Source: the human T2T-CHM13v2.0 reference genome, Homo sapiens. Taken from it: a stretch of 64,000 nt of DNA. Every line of letters starts with the position of its first letter. The first letter of the stretch is position 1. Under the pieces are notes generated by a model that worked only from the letters and a program-made list of their open reading frames with translations, made no database searches and was not told the origin of the DNA. This document shows positions 39,682 to 64,000 of this stretch, piece after piece. A program made the position numbers and the translations under genes. The DNA lies in assembly GCF_009914755.1 (NCBI RefSeq), contig NC_060943.1; one strand, written 5' to 3'.

Positions 39682-40151
39682 GAAGGGAAACAAAGACCAG
39701 ACAAGGAGAGCAAGAAGCCTGGGAGTCTACAAAATAAGTTGCGGGACTCTTCCAAAAAAATGAAGCTGAGCATCGATAAAAGCTCAAAGACACCTGGAAG
39801 AAAAGTGAGACCACCGTTTCTGGGAATTACAAGTAAGAGACAGAGGTTTTTATTGGGGGAGAATAGTGTGAGAAGGTGCTCAACTTTTGACCTTCCTCTC
39901 TGAGGACATGACTCTTCTGGTTTAGAAAACAACAGTAAAAAGTCCCCAAGAGATACTGGTGGTTGTGGTTCCCAAAACTTCATTAACATCTGTGGGAAGC
40001 CTTCTGACTTTCCTCTGAGGCCAGTTCTGAAAAGCCATTCATATGGAGGCAAATCAAAATATCAAAGCAGCAGCCTGTGTTCTGGGAAAATGTTGCTGGG
40101 ATCACATTCCAGAGAAAAGATGGGATAGAAGGAATGAAAGCTGATCAACAT

Positions 40152-44575
<4,424 letters not shown>

Positions 44576-44817
44576 CATTCTTTCTTTTTTTAGAGATTTG
44601 ATTCTTTTGTTAATTTTTAAAATGATCATACAATAAAATGAATGTTTTCAGGAAAAGGTGTACAGTTCTGTGAATCAAACAGACAGAGAGATTCCCGTAA
44701 CCACCAACAAAATCAAGATAAAGAGCAACGATAGTCACATCTTCCCTTCACCCCTAGCCACTACGAAACACAGATCTGCTATCATTAGGGTTTTATCTTC
44801 TCAAGAATGTCACATAG

Positions 44818-51042
<6,225 letters not shown>

Positions 51043-51130
51043 TGATTTTTAAAGGCCCAACCTCCCCAGACTCCAAAGAACACTGAGGCCAAACAGTACC
51101 ACAGAAGAACATCATGTACTAATAAGGCCT

Positions 51131-51891
51131 TGAAACCACCTTTGCAAAGATGATGACAGTGAGAGAAGTCTAGCATGACTGACTCCGTCTTGCTTCTAGC
51201 CTTACAGGCTGGCTGTCCTCATTATTCCTGGGCATAAGCCAAGCTAACCATTGGAGGAATTTATAGTTTAACTTTGAAGCAAGGATGATAACAATCTTTC
51301 CCTAAAACTATACCCTCCTTGCTCAGTGACTGAAGCCACGTTTATAAAACTAATGAAAGGCCACAACATTAGGATTATGGGAGGGGCCTGGATTCTGTTA
51401 AAATGTAGGCATAGTTTCAATAATCTCTTACTGCTCAGGAGTTTGTGGCCAGAGATCACAAGATTCGTGACTTCCCCGATTGCTCCTATAGACAACATTG
51501 CTATTGTAGAACGTGATCGGTCTTTTGAGATGTTTTTCAGACTTTGGCACTCTGGCAACCAACTGACCCCACCTGAACCCATGACTCATGACTCAACTGG
51601 TCCTGTGGATCCCACCCAGAGGCAGACTCAGTGCACAAGAACAATTTTCTACACCCTTACAGTTTTATCCCCAGCTAATCAGCAGCACCCATCTCCTAGA
51701 CCTCTGCCACCAAATAATCCATAAAAACCCTAGCTTCTGAATCCTCAGGGAGACTGATTTGAGTGATAACTCCAGTCTTTCTGTTTGGCTAGCTCTGTGT
51801 TAATTAAATTCTTTCTCTACTGCAGTATCATGGTCTCAGTGAATTGTTTTTTTCTGTGCAGTGGGCAAGAAAAATCCTTCAGGCAATTATA
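51131..51891 (+). mobile_element. Solo LTR8A/8B-type ERV1 LTR
   Basis: TGAAACCACCTTTGCAAAGA...GACTCCGTCTTGCTTCTAGCC...GGCAATTATA; TSD GCCT/GCCC. Confidence 0.8.
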
Positions 51892-52478
51892 GCCCAACCT
51901 GGCTTTGAACAGCAACATAAAAACCTGGATACATGGAACTCCATCCCACTTTCCCATTCAACAGCAAAATGAGACCCATGGAGGGGCCAGAGCGTTGCAA
52001 AAGAATATCCATTGATCAAATTCTCGTTTCTCACAACTATATTGACACACACACACATAAACAAACAATTATCAAAAGCAATTCAACTGCTACAGCAACA
52101 AACAAGCCCCAAGTGTGTCCATACTAAAACAGCTGGGGTGCCTTCCTCTCTCAGTTGGTTTTTAAAGGCCAAACCAAACCTTTGGTGGGCAGAAGCCTAG
52201 GGAGTGGGTTCTGCTAATTGGTTGGGGGTAAAACTGTAGGGGTGTGGAAAATGGCCCTCGTGCACTGAGTCTGCCTCTGGGTGGGAACCACAGAACCAGT
52301 TGAGTCATGAGTCATGGGTTCGGGTGGGGTCAGTGCATTATCAGAGTGCAAAAGTTGATCTTGTTCCATCTGCAAACAGAAATATCTTCTGAGTTTCCCA
52401 AATCAAGAGAAGCCCTCTGGTACCCACCAGAAATCACTCACATGTCCAGACGCAGTTGTGCACACACACAATTACTAA

Positions 52479-53547
<1,069 letters not shown>

Positions 53548-53914
53548 CTAACAAGCCCCAAGAGTGTCCAAACTGAAACAGTCATGGTGCTTTCCTCCCT
53601 CCATCATTTGGGCTTATTCAACCTGCAAATGGAAATTCCTTAGAAAATTCCCAAATTGAGAGGAGCCCTTCCTGCTGTCTGGAACCCAGAAAAGACACTC
53701 ATCCATCCAGACACAGATATCAAATTTCAAAGTCTGTTCTTCCTAGGCAATCAGCAATACATTTGGGGCTGGCAGCAGCAGAGCCAAAGAGAAAAAGATG
53801 GAAACCCACCTCCAGCCAAAAAAAGGTCAGACAGCTGTACAGGGGGCTTCTGAAAGTCCCAGTCTGCAGCAGCTGAGCCACAAGCAATGTGTTCCCAGGT
53901 AGGGAACCAAAATC

Positions 53915-54682
<768 letters not shown>

Positions 54683-55477
54683 TGAGGAATATAAATTGGA
54701 TCCTGTCATTGCCCTGAATAAAACTTTTCAATGGCTTTCCATTCTGGCCTCCTCCTCACAGCCTTTGAGGCCCTGCCTCTCTCTCCAAGCTTCTCTGGGG
54801 CCATCCCCAAAGAAGTGTCACTGACATCGCTCTTCTGGCCTGGACTTCTCTCTGTCCCTTGAGCAGGCCAAGCTCTGAATGTCTGCATGCACCATGCCTT
54901 CCACTCTTTACCTGGCTAGTTCCCCACTTCTTCCAAGTTTCTGTCCAATGTCACGCCTTAGAGAGGCTTTCCCTGATCATCCAATATCAAGTAGCCCCCT
55001 TCTGATATTATCTCACACTGCGCTCTCATGGTTTGATGTTTGTATGTGTGTGTTCATTTGTTTAACGTGACTCCTACTAGACTGAGAAGCCCATGACAGC
55101 AGTCACCACGTCAGTTTTCTTTGTCACTATATACCCAGTGGGTGCCTAAAACCGTGCCTAGCACAGACTGGGCATTTGATGGTGAATAAATGAATGAATG
55201 ATTTTTTAAAAATATCTCTAATTTTCTACTATTATAAATAATGCTATGAGAACATCCTTTTACATAAAGGCACGTGCACTGTGCATTTCCTACAAGTCGT
55301 ACTGTTGAATTAAATGATATGTACATGTAAAGCTTTGATAAATATCGATGAATCACCTTCCCCGGCTGAGTCAACCCTTTCTTCCCCAACAGTCTGTAAG
55401 AGACCCCATAACTCTGCTGACAAGAGAAAATATTGTATTTTAATTTTTTGAGATGATATTTAGAATTTAGAAACTTA

Positions 55478-56085
55478 AGTATTAGTCTGGGATTTCCAGA
55501 GAAACAGAACCAATAGAGTGTGTGTATGTGTGTCTGTGTGTGTGTCTGTGTGTCTGTGTCTCTGTGCATGTGTCTGTGTGTGTATGTGTGTCTCTGCGGT
55601 GTGTGTGTGTCTGTGTGTGTGTCTGTGTATGTATCTGTGTGTGTGTCTCTGTGCATGTCTGTGTGTGTCTCTGTGTGTGTGTACCTCTGTGTGTCTCTGT
55701 ATGTTTTTGTATGTGTGTCTCTGTCTGTGTCTCTATGTGTGTCTCTGTGTGCATGTCTGTGTGTGTGTTTCTCTCTGTGTGTGTTTTTGTGTGTGTCTGT
55801 ATATGTGTCTCCATGTGTGTGTCTGTATGTCTCTGTGTGCGTCTGTGTGCATGTATGTTTGTGGCTCTGTGTGTTAATGTGTGTCTCTGTGTATGTGTTT
55901 CTGTATGCATGTTTGTATGTGTTTCTGTGTGTCTCTGTGTGTTTTTGTGGGTCTGTGTGTCTCTCTGTGTGTGTGTATATCTCTCTGTGTCTGTGTGTGT
56001 CTCTCTGTTTCTGTGTGCATGTCTGTGTGTGTGTCCATGTGTGTGTCTGTGTGTTACTGTGTGTCTCCGTGTGTGTGTCTGTGTG

Positions 56086-56125
<40 letters not shown>

Positions 56126-56550
56126 TGCATGTCTGCATGTGTGTATAAAGAGATTTATTTAAGGAATTGGCTCATGTGATTGTGAATGCTTGATGAGCCC
56201 AAAATCTGACGGAGGAAGCTGGCTGACTCGAGGCTCAGGAAGAAGTTGTGGTTGAGTCTAAAGAGAGCCTGCTGGTGAGCCAGGAAGACCCACTGCTGCA
56301 GACAAAGTCTGAATCCAGCATGCAGGAGAATTCTCTTTTGCATGTGGAGGTCAGCCTTTTGTGCTGTTCAGGCCTTCAGTGACTGGAGGAGTCCCCCACA
56401 TTTTGGAGGGCAATCTGCTTTGCTCAGAGTCCACCAATGTAAATGTCAATCTCATCCAAAAACACCCTCACAGCAACACCCAGAATAATGTTTCACCAAA
56501 TATCTGGGCACTGTGGCGTGGCCAAGCCAACATATAAAATTAACCGTCAT
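55478..56550 (-). mobile_element. MLT2-type ERVL LTR containing an expanded TG-rich tract
   Basis: gtattagtctgggatttccagagaaacagaaccaatag...gagatttatttaaggaattggctcatgtgattg...aaaattaaccgtcata. Confidence 0.75.
55518..56145. repeat. Degenerate (TG)n/(TGTC)n microsatellite, ~630 bp
   Basis: Read directly; pure (TG)n at ~56090-56123. Confidence 0.97.
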
Positions 56551-57334
56551 ACTCTGTATTATTTTCATATTAATCTCCCAGATTAAAAATGAGATAGACA
56601 ATATTTACATATTGTGTAGAGTCATTTGTGTTTCTCCCAATACTTGCTTTGTTCTTATTTGACTTACAGGAGTTCTTTGAATATTGGCTTACAAACCTCA
56701 TATCAGGTATATAAGTAGAAGGATAGTGGCCTTTTACTTTGTTGATTGTAATGTTTTTCATAGGTTATCTCTTTTTATGTGCTCAAATTTCTCATCATTT
56801 TTTGATGACTTCTACATTATGTCATACCGGGAAAAAGCCTCCTTATTTATAAGACTTTTAAAATTACACAATACCTACACAACATTTATTATTTTTAAAA
56901 ACATTTTTGATCTTGAATGCACCTGCCTTTTATTCTTGTTACCTGGCTGTAATTCTTCCCAGTGGATAGGCAGCTATCCCAACATAATTTACTGAATAGT
57001 CCATCCTTTCCTACAGTGGTTTGAAATGAACCTGGATCACTTAAGTAGGAAGAATCCTCTAAATGTAATCTAAAACAACAAGATTTCATCATTTTTACCC
57101 ATCCTTACCCATAATGAGGAAAAACATTAAAGATTCAAACATCCAGTGTTGGAGAAGGTGCAGGGGAAGGGATTCTGCCATGTACAGCTGGTGGAAATGT
57201 AAATTACCAAACACTATCAGGAAGGTAATATGCAAATATCTATCAACAATTTCAAGGCATACCTCTTTGAACTAGCAATTACATAAATTATAGATCTAAA
57301 GATTCATCTAACCAAAATACTCACACCTGTTCAG

Positions 57335-57400
57335 ATAGCTAGCTAGCTAGCTAGATAGAAAGATGATAGATAGATAGATAGATAGATAGGTAATAGATAA
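57335..57400. repeat. (GCTA)n(GATA)n compound STR within old L1M sequence
   Basis: gatagctagctagctagctagatag...gatagatagatagatag. Confidence 0.9.
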
Positions 57401-57581
57401 ATTTGCAGAGGCACTGTTTGTTATACCAAGAGAACTGTAAACTATGTAAATTAATCCTAAATGGTTACATAAATTATAAGACAGTCCTAAAATGAAATAC
57501 CATGTAGCCATTAGAAAGACTCTAGATTGGTATAGGCTGCCATGAAAAGATCACTAAAGCATATTGTAAGGTGAAAAATAA

Positions 57582-60822
<3,241 letters not shown>

Positions 60823-61578
60823 TCCCTTTTTCTTTTTTATGTCTATTTGGGTCCCATACACTCAACAGCTCAACAGAAGAAAGGGCTGTGGCTGGACAGA
60901 GTGGGCCATGCCGCTTGCCTCTTACAGGAACTATCGCCTTAATCACTTTCTTCTTGCTTTTAATTTATTTTTTGAGTAACATTAAACATTCACACACATA
61001 CTCACATACTTAGAAAATTTCTTCAACAGCAGAAAAGGATATACGGGGAAAGGTGAGTTTCCCTCCCGCGCCAACGCCCAGAGCCCCTTCCCAGAGACAG
61101 CCGCGGAGAATAGGTTCATGGGTGACCCTTCCCCAAGTCTTTTCCTCACTCAGCATCCAGATGGGTCCTTCGGAAATGTGACACAGATTACGGCACAACC
61201 TCTGCCCTCCAGGGACTTCCCATCATTCTCCGGATATAATTCTACATCCTACTGTGGCGACAAAGCCCTACGTGAGCTGGACCCAGTCGCCTGCCCCTGC
61301 CTCATTCCCACGGCTCTCCCCCATCCTGTCCCCTTGCAGCCTCTCTGGCCTCCCCGGCCTCCTCTGACACCCCATGGCTCATCTCATGACTTGCTGTACC
61401 TCTGCCTAGAATGTCCCTAGAGCCTCCGACTCTCCTGCTGGAGTTCTCTCCTTAAATACCACCTCCTCCGAGGGCCTTCCTGGGCTGCCTGCGCCGCCTT
61501 CCTTCCTCTGTTCTCCCAATCTGAGGCTTCCTACCCGACACCAGCCCACAGCCCCAGGCTTTGTGGTAATGTAACTGT

Positions 61579-63592
<2,014 letters not shown>

Positions 63593-64000
63593 ACTATTCA
63601 TCAATCTCTGGCCCATCTTGCTGCAATGGTCAGCTCCATGGAGCCAGGCCTTGTCTACCGCTGAATCCCCAGCACCGGCGAGTGCTGTGATGGGGGCTAC
63701 TCAGGAAGTCCTCGCTGAATGGGTGTGGAGACGCATGGCCATCCTCATGCCTTGCTTTTTTCCGCTGAACAGTACATGTCAGGGCCTGATCTACATTGGC
63801 ATACGTGGACCTGCCTCGTTCTTTGTAACAGGTGTGTGGGATTCCTACCATGTGGATGCTCCATGATCTTTATTTAACCAGAGCCTTTACTGATAGACAG
63901 GTTGCTCCCAATTTTTTATTATCACAAAACAAACAACAAACAAAAAAAAACCAGAAAAGTATATCCATACAGTAAATCTGTAGATATCAGCTTCTTGGAT

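Noticed and set aside
55111-56179. Long Thr/His- and Cys/Val-rich ORFs
   Set aside because: Translation of a TG microsatellite that lacks stop codons

Overview
Human (primate) genomic DNA recognisable as the chr19q13.1 CD22-FFAR cluster; all genes are on the + strand. It holds the last ten exons of CD22 (482-~10085, with the mirtron-like MIR5196 hairpin), FFAR1/GPR40 (CDS 14285-15187), FFAR3/GPR41 (CDS 21625-22665) and its paralog GPR42 (CDS 34100-35140). The rest is a repeat-dense intergenic region with a full-length EEF1A1 processed pseudogene split by a solo LTR, many Alus, old L1s, nested ERV1 LTRs and microsatellites. The main structure is a tandem duplication of the whole FFAR1+FFAR3 cassette (unit A ~12313-23785, unit B ~24793-36243). 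Unit B keeps the FFAR1 upstream region and first 15 codons but has lost the rest of FFAR1, and it carries three old unit-specific transposon insertions. Its ~2.4 kb FFAR3/GPR42 core is nevertheless >99% identical to unit A, which points to an old duplication homogenised by gene conversion. On this haplotype GPR42 encodes Arg174 and differs from FFAR3 at only two residues, while a perfect CRE in the FFAR3 promoter is broken in the GPR42 copy. Gene names, repeat subfamilies and identities come from recall and by-eye comparison, not from database searches.
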